Below, in pieces: positions 31,665 to 42,059 of a stretch of 64,000 nucleotides of DNA. Under the pieces are notes generated by a model. It saw nothing but the letters and a program-made list of their open reading frames with translations, had not been told where the DNA came from and did not search any database. The stretch covers positions 1,152,001 to 1,216,000 of the forward strand of contig JBMNIF010000002.1 in NCBI GenBank assembly GCA_050950765.1. Direction: 5' to 3'. This DNA comes from Bdellovibrionota bacterium (GTDB taxonomy: Bacteria; Bdellovibrionota_C; UBA2361; JAAYZI01). The position numbers and the translations under genes are program-made. Within the stretch, counting starts at the first letter, position 1. Every line of letters starts with the position of its first letter.

Positions 31665-32202
31665 TTTAAAATTGCAACAGTTAATAATATCAAGATATTA
31701 GTAGAAGCTTACAATTTAGCGAATTTGGTGCCACCCACTAGTGGAGCTTGGTGCTGGACTGGCAAACTGGTGCCACCCATTAATATTAGGCTGCTTTACA
31801 AGTAGGACATCCGAACTTTGAAATTGCAACAGTTAATAATATCAAGACATTAGCAGAAGCTTACAATTTAGCGAATTTGGTGCCACCCATTAGTTGGATG
31901 ACGGGGACGGGCTGCAACTGCAGAACGGATTGGCTAGGTCTGTATGGGGGTTAAAAAACTGGTGCCTCCCTTCAGCTTTGCTGGCTTTGACGGCTCAGGG
32001 GATGAATTTGGTGCCACCCTTCAGTTTGGGCACTGGTGCCACCCATTAGTTGGATGACGGGGACGGGCTGCAACTGCAGAACAGATTGGCTAGGTCTGTA
32101 TGGGGGTTAAAAAACTGCTGCCACCCTTTAGGATTGCTGCTTTGGGTTGAGATCTGGCTGTCGGCACGGCATCTGGTGCCTCCCTTCAGAGTTGGATCTT
32201 TA

Positions 32203-33297
32203 TCAGATAAGGCTTGGTGCTGGAAAAAGCAGTCCAGTTTCCTCCGGTAGATCGCACATTAGGTTCATATTTTGAAGAGCCTGCCCTGCCATACCTTTAA
32301 CTAGGTTATCCAGAGCAGTCATAATAACAGCGCGCCTGCCGCGTGACGTAACAGAGATATCACAAAAATTACTCGTTACAACATCTTCAAGTCTGGGTGG
32401 AGTAGGGCGCAGTCTGACAAAACGCGCATTTTTATAAAACTCTTGATAGAGAGCGTATAGTTTTTCTTGTTGCACATCTGTTGCAAACTCTAAATGAGCT
32501 GTCGTGTAGATACCTCTTGCGACAGGAAGGAGATGCGGAACGAAACTGCACGGCAAGTCTTGCCCTATAAACTGTTGAATTTCAGGTTCATGTCTGTGTT
32601 GTAGAGCTTTATAAGCCGTCATATTACCGTGCATTTCTGGATGATGCGTCGTTGAGGTCAAGGAGCGTCCTGCGCCAGAAGTTCCGGATTTTGAATCAAA
32701 AAATACAGAAGCGGATTTTTTACCGATTAATGGTGCTACTGCCAAGATACAGGAGGTGGCATAACATCCAGGATTTGCAATTAAACGACTTTTAGAGATC
32801 TCTTTTCGCCCTGTTGTTTGGGAAAGGGGTGATAATTCTGGAAGTCCGTAACAGAACTGATCTCGAATCTCATTACACGCTGGTGACTCGGGATAGTAAA
32901 TAGCATGGTCATGTAGGTTTTTTAATCTGAAGTCTCCTGAAAGGTCTATAATGCGTAAAGAATCTGAAGAGTTTGTTTCTAAAAGGGCAGAGATAGTTTT
33001 TGCACTAACTCCGTGCGGTAATGCAGAGAAAATAACTTTCTGATTGTAAGGCGAAAGGTTTTTGAAATTGATTTTTTCTTCACAGGTTAGGTCATAAAAA
33101 CCAAGCAGTTGTGGATGGAGATCTGATATGGGGCGACCAATATGGGAACGTGAAACCACAGAAACCACCTTTGCTTGCGGATGAGTTGCCAGTAATCTTA
33201 AAAGTTCACCTGCACCGTACCCGCTCCCACCTATTATGCCGATTCCGATCTTTTTATCCATGTGCGGTATCTTATGTAATCGTGCATTATTTTGCAA
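32203..33297 (-). CDS. argC: N-acetyl-gamma-glutamyl-phosphate reductase (true start may be MDKK at 33261)
   Basis: GGSGYGAGEL, ALPHG, IDLSGDFRL, IANPGCY, HRHEPEI and DNLVKGMAGQALQNMN. Confidence 0.96.
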   Translation of the reverse strand: MQNNARLHKIPHMDKKIGIGIIGGSGYGAGELLRLLATHPQAKVVSVVSRSHIGRPISDLHPQLLGFYDLTCEEKINFKNLSPYNQKVIFSALPHGVSAKTISALLETNSSDSLRIIDLSGDFRLKNLHDHAIYYPESPACNEIRDQFCYGLPELSPLSQTTGRKEISKSRLIANPGCYATSCILAVAPLIGKKSASVFFDSKSGTSGAGRSLTSTTHHPEMHGNMTAYKALQHRHEPEIQQFIGQDLPCSFVPHLLPVARGIYTTAHLEFATDVQQEKLYALYQEFYKNARFVRLRPTPPRLEDVVTSNFCDISVTSRGRRAVIMTALDNLVKGMAGQALQNMNLMCDLPEETGLLFPAPSLI

Positions 33298-33350
33298 TTT
33301 ATCACTTTCGTGCTAGATATTGGCGGTTCGTTGCAATAGAAAAAAATCTT

Positions 33351-34283
33351 ATGAAAGTAAAAGGTGCTTATATAAAACTTATTTTAACTGCTGTTTTTGT
33401 AGGCATATTATGCTGCGTCGTTGATAAAGATAAATTCGTTGCTGCCCTAAAAGCCGTTCCGCTTTCTTTAATTCTTATAGCTGCTGCCGGTTATGCTGTG
33501 ACACAAGCTATTAGCGCTACTAAGTGGTGGGTACTTGTAAGAAGTGCAGGCATTGAAGTTTCATTAGGATACGTTATTCAGATCTTTTTTATAGGGATGT
33601 TCGTAAACGTTGTGGGTGTCGGAACCGTCGGTGGTGATATTGTTCGTGCCTTGATGCTTGATAAAAAAGATAAGAATAAAGGTGCAAGTTTAGCTACTGT
33701 TGTTGCAGATAGAGCTATTGGATTGAGTGTGCTTGCTTCAATCGGACTTATTGCAGGATCAATTTTTGGCTCTTTAACAGAGGAGCCGAAACTTGCAGTT
33801 CTTGCTCTCCTTGTGATTATAGCAGTCATTTTAGGCTTTTACTATGTAACAGAGATCTTGGGATATGCTGCAAAGAAGCTTCCCCGTTTTGCAAGGTATT
33901 TTAATCAAATAGCTACTGCCTTTCCGCGTGATAAAAAAATTTTTGCTAAAGTTGTTCTTCTTGCTATTGTCTTTCATTTAAGTCAGATCTCTCTTGTGGC
34001 GTACATCATTAAAGGCTTGGGTGCTGAAGTGCCTATTTCATATATCTTATTTGCTGTGCCGTTTATTAATCTTGTCACAACTCTTCCTATTAGTTGGATG
34101 GGGTTGGGATTACGTGAAGGAGCATATGCTTTTTTCTTTGCACCTAAATACTTTGAAAGCAGTGAGCAGGCGTTACTGGTAGGCTCAATCTGGTTTGTTG
34201 CGATGGTTATCGCAGGCGGAGTAGGGGGCATATTTTCTTTCCTCAAAAAGAAAGATCTGCTGCCATCCTTCAATGACGATTGA
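33351..34283 (+). CDS. Lysylphosphatidylglycerol synthase TM-domain / flippase-like membrane protein
   Basis: GTVGGDIVR, VVADRAIGL and LPISWMGLGLREGAY. ATG at 33351 avoids overlap with argC. Confidence 0.8.
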   Translation: MKVKGAYIKLILTAVFVGILCCVVDKDKFVAALKAVPLSLILIAAAGYAVTQAISATKWWVLVRSAGIEVSLGYVIQIFFIGMFVNVVGVGTVGGDIVRALMLDKKDKNKGASLATVVADRAIGLSVLASIGLIAGSIFGSLTEEPKLAVLALLVIIAVILGFYYVTEILGYAAKKLPRFARYFNQIATAFPRDKKIFAKVVLLAIVFHLSQISLVAYIIKGLGAEVPISYILFAVPFINLVTTLPISWMGLGLREGAYAFFFAPKYFESSEQALLVGSIWFVAMVIAGGVGGIFSFLKKKDLLPSFNDD

Positions 34284-34284
34284 A

Positions 34285-34480
34285 AAAACTAGTGCCACCC
34301 TTCAGGGACAACTGAACGGGCTGGGACTGCAAAACGGATCAGCTAGGTCTTCACGGGGGTAAAAACTGGTGCCACCCTTCTTTTTGCCCTTAAATCAGCA
34401 ATTATTGCAGGCTTGTCACTGGTGCCACCCTTCTTTTCTTTTTCTAGCGCCATCCTCACACTAAAGGGTGGCACCAATCC
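34285..34480. repeat. REP-like cluster upstream of RAYT, ending in an inverted pair
   Basis: Cores at ~34290 (variant), 34367 and 34420; inverted GGGTGGCACCA at ~34466 gives a 13-bp stem. Confidence 0.88.
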
Positions 34481-34625
34481 CAATCTCCAAACTTTTTTCA
34501 TTTTTACCCACAATAAAATCCCAACTCTAGCGACAATTAAGCGTTAGAATTTGGCAATCCTGCCAAACTAACCGGCAATTCTGCCAATTTATTGATTATT
34601 TTTATTTTTCATCTGGAGTTGTCTT

Positions 34626-35594
34626 ATGAGAAATCGTCGAGATAGGAGAAATCCTAATAAAATGGTGGTACATGTCACCAATAGAACATTATCTGGCTTG
34701 CCATTTCTAGCACGCCTTTTTATGAAATGGATCCTGTTAGGGATTATGGCACGTTGCCAAGAGCACCATCGTGTTAGAATTGCTCATTTTAATTGGATGA
34801 GTAACCACTTTCACATGATATTAGTTGGTGAAGGGAAACACATCTCTTCATTTATGGGAGAGATGGAAAGTGCAGTTGCACGCGCTATTAAGAAACTAAC
34901 GCCGCAATATAGGAGAAACGTTTGGGATGGACGTTTTAAGGAGCAACGTTTGTTAACTCATAATGATGTTATCGATAAGATAGTCTATATTTATATAAAT
35001 CCTGTAAAAGCAGGCCTTGTTGCACATGCTGATGATTGGGAAGGGTGTAGTAGTTTTAGAATGTATAAATCAGGCTCTTTAACAGTGCAGGGTAAGTATA
35101 CCTCTTCTACTAATTTACGTAAGTTACCGCAGAGACTTCATAAAATAAGCGATGCTATTTTATTAAAAATGCTTAATATGTTTCCGCACACTTGTCATGA
35201 GCTTAAGATTACCCCTGATGCTTGGAAGAATTGTTTTGAAGAATCAAAAAACCTTACGTCTGAAGAGATCTTTAAAACAATAATGACAGAGATTTCAAAA
35301 AGGGAAGAAGAGATTGCACTTGAAAGGAAGGGGCATTTTATGGGGATGCGTAAAGTGCAGCAGCAATCGATAAATATTGCGTATGTACCTAAGAAGAAGA
35401 CGCGTACGCCGTATTTAATTTGTTGGATTAAGGAGTTACGGATAAAGGCGATAGCAGAATATAAGGCTTTTTGTGAAGAGTGTAGAAAGGCTTGGAAGAA
35501 GTGGAAGCAAGGTGATATTTCAGCTAAGTTTGTTTATGGGGCATTTCGTCCGAGTATGCCTATTGTAGGTAGGCTTTGCGGGGTGGCGACCTGA
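34626..35594 (+). CDS. REP-associated tyrosine transposase (RAYT/TnpA-REP, Y1 HUH superfamily)
   Basis: HVTNRT, WMSNHFHMIL (HUH), VWDGRF, YIYINPVKAGLV (catalytic Tyr region) and DDWEGCSS; flanked by repeat cores on both sides. Confidence 0.9.
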   Translation: MRNRRDRRNPNKMVVHVTNRTLSGLPFLARLFMKWILLGIMARCQEHHRVRIAHFNWMSNHFHMILVGEGKHISSFMGEMESAVARAIKKLTPQYRRNVWDGRFKEQRLLTHNDVIDKIVYIYINPVKAGLVAHADDWEGCSSFRMYKSGSLTVQGKYTSSTNLRKLPQRLHKISDAILLKMLNMFPHTCHELKITPDAWKNCFEESKNLTSEEIFKTIMTEISKREEEIALERKGHFMGMRKVQQQSINIAYVPKKKTRTPYLICWIKELRIKAIAEYKAFCEECRKAWKKWKQGDISAKFVYGAFRPSMPIVGRLCGVAT

Positions 35595-35804
35595 AAAAAG
35601 TAATGTAAAAAAGCTGCTTTTTTGACCCGTTAATAATATGAAATCTAAATTTCAACAGGGAAGATCTATCTAAAATCTGGAAATAGTCAATTAATTGTAA
35701 ATTGTAGTATCAAATTTAAGGAAATTTAAGGTGAGTTAAGCTTGCTGGCAGCAGCATAAGGAGAAAAAAGGCTGTCAGAAGAGCAAAAACAGCAACGCAG
35801 GTCG

Positions 35805-36385
35805 TACTGGTGGGTGGCACCAGGGATAAGGGCTTGGGGCTGGTGGGTGGCACTAGGGCGACCAAGTATTTTTATTGTGTTATTGTTTTTTTAGTGATGT
35901 TATAACGAAAACGGCTGCGTTGTTTTGCGTTAGCAGCGTGATCCTTGTTTGAATAAATTTTGTGAGTTCGGTTATGAGAAAGATCTTAGTTATTTTTATT
36001 TTAATGACCTCTTTATGCGCTTGTTCTGGAGTTGCGCACCTTTCAACTCCGGCAGCGCCCCAAGGTAGACCTGTTCTATCATGTCAGGCTTCTACAAGCG
36101 CTTTTATGTTGTTTAATTTTGCACCTATAGCATATAACGATATGTTGGAACGCGCTTTTAACGAATGCGCTGGAAGTATTGGAGCTTCAGCCTTAACGAA
36201 TATCAGTGTGCGTGAAAAATGGTATTGGACCCCCGTCGGCAACGGCTTTATCACAACAGTTACAGCACAAGGGGTTAGATAATTTTAGCTATGCTTTGGA
36301 TTTGGTGCCACCCTCTGTTGGATTTTTATTGAGTCAGAAGTTATTAAAGGGTGGCACCAGTGATACTGGTGGGTGGCATCAAGAC
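35805..36385. repeat. REP-like cores downstream of RAYT (35812, 35844; inverted pair 36303/36348; variant 36371)
   Basis: Read directly from the sequence. Confidence 0.85.
35974..36282 (+). CDS. Small lipoprotein
   Basis: Signal peptide with lipobox-like LCAC; 102 aa. Confidence 0.65.
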   Translation: MRKILVIFILMTSLCACSGVAHLSTPAAPQGRPVLSCQASTSAFMLFNFAPIAYNDMLERAFNECAGSIGASALTNISVREKWYWTPVGNGFITTVTAQGVR

Positions 36386-36401
36386 ACCCACCTAAAATTT
36401 G

Positions 36402-38078
36402 TTAGCTGTATAAATACTTGTAGTATTCATCAACCATACGTTTAGCAGAGAACTGCTCTTGCGAAGTCTCAATGCTGGATTTCATCATCTTGATCCATTT
36501 TTTTCTATTTTCATAGTATGTTGGAATTACTTCATCCATTAAGACTTTGTACATACCGCTAGAATCAACTTTATCAGCATCTGGACCCTCATAACGATTC
36601 CCGAACTCCCAACCGTTTTTACCTTCCTTAAAGCCTTCATCCCACCAACCATCAAGCACACTGCAATTCAAGACACCGTTCATCGCAGCCTTCATGCCTG
36701 AAGTGCCGCTTGCTTCACGCGGTCGAACTGGATTGTTTAACCAAACATCACACCCTCTGGTTAATAATGCACCTATGCGCATGTCGTAGTTAGGAAGAAA
36801 AACAACACTGTTCGGACATTTTTTTGAGATCTGTAAAATCTCTTCAATCATCCGTCTGCCATCTAAATCACGTGGATGCGTCTTCCCCGCAAAAACGATA
36901 GCCAACTTTTTACCTTTCAGAAGAGGTTGAATAACTTTTTCAGATTTAAAAATTAAGGTATGACGCTTATATCCAGTTACCCTTCTTGCAAAGCCGAGTA
37001 GAAGCACATCCTCATCAAGCGTTTGACCCGTGGTTGCTTTTATTTCATCTAAAAGCTCACGTTTCGCAGCTTGATGCACTTCCCACAAATCAGCTTTGCC
37101 AGACATTGCACGACAGATATCCTTTGATTGCCACGTAGCATTATGCACACCATTGGTAATAGCCAAGATCTCTGCACCATCTGTAACCCATGACCACATT
37201 TTTCTGGCTGTTTTCCCGTGCAACTGCGCAACTGCACTTGCTTTCCTAGAAATTCTCAATCCAGCAGCAGCCATATTAAACGGATCTCCTCCTAAGCGTA
37301 ACATTTGGTCGTATGTCAGACCGTTATAAGCTCCCATGTATTGCAACAATTCGTGTTTGTGTTGCTCATTTCCGGCCGGTACGGGTGTATGCGTAGTGAA
37401 GATAACCTCCTGCTTCGTATTTGCTAATGCATTATCAAAACTTTGTCCTGCACAATCCATTTTTTCACGGATAAGTTCGATACCTGCAAATAACGGATGG
37501 CAATCATTGAAATGATAAAGGTCTACTTTAATCCCTAAAGCACGCAAGGCTCGCACGCCCCCGATACCCAAGATAATTTCTTGAGCGATACGATCTTCAT
37601 CATTGCCGCCGTAAAGATTTGTTGTCACAAAGCGATCCGGATTTTCAGGAAGATCTGCATCTAGGAGATATAGCGGTACATTACCGAAACAGTCACACTT
37701 CCATACTTTACAAGCAACTTGTTCTCCTCTAATCCTGACACGAATAATTACGCCGGTATCTTCCAAAAAGTCATACTCATTTCTGGAATAACACTCCACT
37801 AATTTCCCATCTTCAGTGAAGGCTTGTCTGGCATAGCCGTGTTTCCAAAGAATACCCAACGCGACCATAGGACGTTTAGAATCACGTGCTGCTTTAATAA
37901 TATCCCCAGCCAAGATCCCCAAGCCACCGCTATAGATCTGAAATCTGTAATCTAAACCATACTCCATACAAAAATAAGCCACACTTGGATCCTTGCAAGT
38001 TTTTTTTGAAGTTTTACAGGTAGCTACATTTTTTGCAGACTCTTTAAGTGATGAGCTTTTTGCTGATATTTTTTTCAT
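36402..38078 (-). CDS. glgP: Alpha-glucan (glycogen) phosphorylase, short form
   Basis: YFCMEYGL, YSGGLGILAGD, FTTHTPVPAG, FARRVTGYKR and EASGTSGMKAAMNG. Confidence 0.95.
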   Translation of the reverse strand: MKKISAKSSSLKESAKNVATCKTSKKTCKDPSVAYFCMEYGLDYRFQIYSGGLGILAGDIIKAARDSKRPMVALGILWKHGYARQAFTEDGKLVECYSRNEYDFLEDTGVIIRVRIRGEQVACKVWKCDCFGNVPLYLLDADLPENPDRFVTTNLYGGNDEDRIAQEIILGIGGVRALRALGIKVDLYHFNDCHPLFAGIELIREKMDCAGQSFDNALANTKQEVIFTTHTPVPAGNEQHKHELLQYMGAYNGLTYDQMLRLGGDPFNMAAAGLRISRKASAVAQLHGKTARKMWSWVTDGAEILAITNGVHNATWQSKDICRAMSGKADLWEVHQAAKRELLDEIKATTGQTLDEDVLLLGFARRVTGYKRHTLIFKSEKVIQPLLKGKKLAIVFAGKTHPRDLDGRRMIEEILQISKKCPNSVVFLPNYDMRIGALLTRGCDVWLNNPVRPREASGTSGMKAAMNGVLNCSVLDGWWDEGFKEGKNGWEFGNRYEGPDADKVDSSGMYKVLMDEVIPTYYENRKKWIKMMKSSIETSQEQFSAKRMVDEYYKYLYS

Positions 38079-38255
38079 CCAAATTCCTTAAAAATAATAG
38101 TTAAAACATTACTGCGGAACATCCTTTTATAATATAAGATCCTATTAGAAAATGGATAAAAAGCAAAGAGGGATTGAGGTATAAGATAAAAAACGATTAA
38201 ATCATTAAAAATCGTTTTGTTTTCTGAGAAAATTATAAAAAAGGATTGTTAATTA

Positions 38256-39050
38256 GTGGCGAATTTTAACAATTTATCAAAAATACCGGTTGTCGCAGAA
38301 TCTGAAAATTATGCCAAAGATGCTAAAAAATTTGCTAATGAAACAGGGATGCCGTATTCCGAGACATCAATAACAGATGAATGGTGCTATTTTTCCTTTG
38401 GAGACGCCCTTTCTCTAAAAGTACGAGAAGAAAATAACAAAAGAGATACTACATTTAAGATCGATTTTTGTGATGGAGAGTTGCGTCATCGCAATATATA
38501 TGGTGCCAACCGTTCCTCTCTTTTAGCCAAAGCTATCGGCGCTCGTAGTCGAGAGCATGCGCCTTATGTTCTTGATGCTACTGCTGGATTAGGGAGAGAT
38601 GCTTTTATCTTAGCTGGACTCGGCTGCCGCGTTCTTATGTTAGAGCGTTCCCCTGTTATTGGAGTTCTACTGGAAGATGCTTTAAGGCGGGGGATGCTCG
38701 ACGCTGACGCCCAAGAAGCCGTTTCAAAGATGTCATTAATAAAGGACGATGCTGAAGAATATCTGAAAAAATTAGCAGACACATCTATGGCAGCTCTTCC
38801 GGATGTTCTGTATTTAGACCCGATGTTCCCACACCAAAAGCGTTCTGCTTTAGTAAAAAAAGAGATGCGTATTTGCCGTGATATAGTAGGGGGTGACCCC
38901 GATGCTGACAAGTTATTGGTTGCTGGATTAAAAACTAAGATAAAACGTATTGTTGTAAAAAGGATGCGTACGGCTCCATTTCTTGCTGGTTTAAAACCTA
39001 ATCAACAGTTAATGGGTAAAACCAACCGTTTCGATCTTTATTTAAAATAA
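38256..39050 (+). CDS. rsmJ: 16S rRNA m2G1516 methyltransferase
   Basis: VLDATAGLGRDAFILA, YLDPMFPH, ALVKKEM, RIVVKR and GKTNRFDLY. Confidence 0.9.
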   Translation: MANFNNLSKIPVVAESENYAKDAKKFANETGMPYSETSITDEWCYFSFGDALSLKVREENNKRDTTFKIDFCDGELRHRNIYGANRSSLLAKAIGARSREHAPYVLDATAGLGRDAFILAGLGCRVLMLERSPVIGVLLEDALRRGMLDADAQEAVSKMSLIKDDAEEYLKKLADTSMAALPDVLYLDPMFPHQKRSALVKKEMRICRDIVGGDPDADKLLVAGLKTKIKRIVVKRMRTAPFLAGLKPNQQLMGKTNRFDLYLK

Positions 39051-39059
39051 TTACGGTGT

Positions 39060-40158
39060 AGAGGGTGGCACCAGTACGCTAGCAGCCAGTGACAGTCGAA
39101 TGGGCTGAAACTACAGAGCAAGTCAGCTAGATCTGGACGGAGGTCAAAAATTAAATTTGGTGCCATCCATTAGTTGTTGGGAGTTGATGGGAAGTCAACA
39201 GACGAGGAAAGAAGGGTGGCACCAGTGAGCAGAATCTTAAAATTGCAATAATTTAATAACATCAAAGTGTTAACTAGAATTTAAAATTTAGCTAAGAGAG
39301 AGAGTCCTTTTTATATTAATGGGTGGCACCAGTACGCCACGCCTTCAAGGACGGCAGAGTGGGCTGAAACTGTAGAGCGAGTCAGCTAGATCTGGACGGG
39401 GGGTTAAAAATTTGGTGCCACCCAACAGGGACGGCAGAATGGGCTGAAACTACAGAGCAAGTCAGCTAGATCTGGACGGAGGTTAAAAATTTGGTGCCAC
39501 CCTTCAAGGACGGCATGCCCAGCACAGCACCCCGCTAGTCAGCATAACATCTAAAAAAGAAGGGTGGCACCAGTGAGCAGCCAGTGAGCAGACAACCTTA
39601 AAATCACAATAATTTAATAACATCAAAGTGTTAACTAAAATTTAAAATTTAGCTAAGAGAGAGTGTCCTTTTTATATTAATGGGTGGCACCAGTACGCCA
39701 CGCCTTCAAGGACGGCAGAGCGGGCTGAATGTAGAGCGCCAATCAGTTGATGGGAAGTCAACAGACGAGGAAAGAAGGGTGGCACCAGTACGGACGGCAC
39801 AAAAATTTGGTGCCACCCACCAAGGACGGCAGAGTGGGCTGAAACTAAAAACCGAATCGGTTAGATCTGGACGGAGGTCAAAAATTTGGTGCCACCCTTC
39901 AAGGACGGCATACCCAGCACAGCATCCCGCTAGTTAGCATAACATCTAAAAAAGAAGGGTGGCACCAGTGAGCATGCAATCTTAAAATCACAATAATTTA
40001 ATAACATCAAAGTGTTAACTAAAATTTAAAATTTAGCTAAGAGAGAGTGTCCTTCACCAGTACGCCAACCACAGACGAGGAAAAGAAGGGTGGCACCAGT
40101 ACGCCAGCTAGCTCCCCGCCCTTCAACATAACGTCTAAAAAAGAAGGGTGGCACCAAG
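39060..40158. repeat. REP-like mosaic array with mixed orientation and inverted doublets (~14 cores)
   Basis: Lies between convergent rsmJ and cstA; doublets at ~39492/39562 and ~39887/39957. Confidence 0.9.
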
Positions 40159-40159
40159 T

Positions 40160-41884
40160 TTACGCTCTACTTTTTAAATCTCTGATAATACGTTTTACGC
40201 CGAGCACTATTAAGAAACAGACTAATGCCAGTAGGGTTGCGCCGATAATAGCGAGATATCTTTTATCTGCCACCTGCCAGCTACTAACGATTATGTGTGA
40301 TAACGCCCAGATCGAGGTTGCAAACATAAAGATAGCTGGCAACGCCATAAAAACAGTTTTTCTCCGTGTGCGAAAAAGCCAGAGCGTTACAACCATTAAC
40401 GTTATTCCGGCTAAAAGTTGATTTACCGAGCCAAAAACAGACCAAAGTGATGAAATAGTGTTGCCGGACATTAACACCATCGCCAAAGCGGCTACTGCGA
40501 AAGTAGCTATCCAACGGTTTGCAAAGAAATCACGCGTACTATTAAGGAGTTTTGCTATCGGCTTAGAGGCGGAAGGCACCGCAGTTAAAGCACGATCAGA
40601 CGGTAGTAAAATCTCTTGCCAGATAAAGCGTGCTAAACGCATGGTGGTGTCAAGTGTTGTCAATATAAAAGCAGAGATGGAGAGTTCTATAAAAATTGAA
40701 GCGGAGCTTTTCGAAATGCCAAACCTCGCAATAAGATTAGCTATGCCATCAGCAAACATCTTTTGTGGTTGAAAGTTGGAGGATATGTATTGCGCGTGAA
40801 ACTCTGCATGCGAAAGATATCCGACACTAATGACTGCTAAGATTGCCAAAATACCTTCTACGTACATAGCACCCATCGCAACAGGACGAATATGCTTTTC
40901 ATTATCAACTTGCTTTGAGCTGGTGCCTGATGCAACCAACGCATGAAAACCGGAACACGCTCCACAAGCTACCGTGACAAACAAGAGCGGAATAAAATCA
41001 GGGAAGATACGAAGCTTATCAGTTATGCCGTAAGCTTCTTGTGGGTTAATAAAAAACGGTAGCGATATCGTCGGCTGTCCGATAACTATCCCTATAACTG
41101 CAGCCGCTATCATCACTAGTAGTATATATGAATTTAAATAGTCACGAGGTTGTAGCAAAAACCAAACAGGTAGGATTGAAGCTACAATAGCGTAGCAAAG
41201 TAATCCGATACGCCAAAAGTTTTCAGCACATTCTGCAGAGTCGCAAAACATCTCATAATTCATGGGGAATTGTTCGCCAATCCAGATGCAGGCAAAAAGT
41301 AATGGCACAAAAATAAAGGTGGCTTGCAGTAACGAAAGGATTCGTGCTCTAGTTAAAAGAGCAAATAGCGGAGCCATTAAGATAAATAAGATAGAGGAAG
41401 TCGCCACAGCAGGTGTCTGCACAAAAGACTTCGCCACTAAGACTGTAAAAACAGCAACAACGACAATTAATGTCCCTAAGCAAAACAGTAAAAAAAGTTG
41501 TCTTCCAAGATAGCCGAGCTCTTTCTCGATAATGTATGCAATTGAACGCCCTTCATTTCTGACTGAAAGAAACATAGCAGAAAAATCGTGAACGGTACCG
41601 ATAAAGATACACCCCAGTAAAACCCACAGCACTGCACCGCCCCAACCAAATTCACAAACAATAATTGGTCCGATGATCGGTCCAGCACCCGCGATAGATG
41701 CGAAATGGTGCCCAAACAATATGTACGGAGAGGTTGGGACATAATCGATATCATCTCGCTTGGTGTGTGACGGGCACGGAATTGAGGGGTCGACTCCGAA
41801 CTGCTTAGAAATTAAACGCCCGTAAAAATGATAGGCAAGATAAAATGCGCAAGAAACGATAAGTAATAAATGTAATCCGTTCAT
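40160..41884 (-). CDS. cstA: Carbon starvation protein A family transporter
   Basis: LFGHHFASIAGAGPIIGP, LLQPRDYLN, VACGACSGFH and LTTLDT. Confidence 0.93.
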   Translation of the reverse strand: MNGLHLLLIVSCAFYLAYHFYGRLISKQFGVDPSIPCPSHTKRDDIDYVPTSPYILFGHHFASIAGAGPIIGPIIVCEFGWGGAVLWVLLGCIFIGTVHDFSAMFLSVRNEGRSIAYIIEKELGYLGRQLFLLFCLGTLIVVVAVFTVLVAKSFVQTPAVATSSILFILMAPLFALLTRARILSLLQATFIFVPLLFACIWIGEQFPMNYEMFCDSAECAENFWRIGLLCYAIVASILPVWFLLQPRDYLNSYILLVMIAAAVIGIVIGQPTISLPFFINPQEAYGITDKLRIFPDFIPLLFVTVACGACSGFHALVASGTSSKQVDNEKHIRPVAMGAMYVEGILAILAVISVGYLSHAEFHAQYISSNFQPQKMFADGIANLIARFGISKSSASIFIELSISAFILTTLDTTMRLARFIWQEILLPSDRALTAVPSASKPIAKLLNSTRDFFANRWIATFAVAALAMVLMSGNTISSLWSVFGSVNQLLAGITLMVVTLWLFRTRRKTVFMALPAIFMFATSIWALSHIIVSSWQVADKRYLAIIGATLLALVCFLIVLGVKRIIRDLKSRA

Positions 41885-42059
41885 GGTTGTGCAATACTAC
41901 TTTTAATGGAAATTTAAAAGATCGAAAAACGGATTAAAGCAGATAATCAAAGAGAAAAAGGACGTTTGATATTACGTTGTTTTTTGAGGTTGAAGTGGTT
42001 TTATCCATTTTCGCAGATTTTAGTATGGTTGTATAATGGTATAGAAAGCGGAGCGTCCT

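Larger units (their letters stand above)
29884..32190 (+). repeat. REP-like mosaic array (~12 cores) interrupted by an IS
   Basis: Cores at 29886-30045 and 31726-32185; the first core lies inside the fabD 3' end. Confidence 0.9.

Noticed and set aside
33111..33350. N-terminal extension of the flippase-like ORF
   Set aside because: It overlaps argC on the opposite strand; ATG 33351 gives a typical protein.
34551..34565. Sigma-54 promoter upstream of RAYT
   Set aside because: GG and GC are 7 nt apart rather than the required 10.
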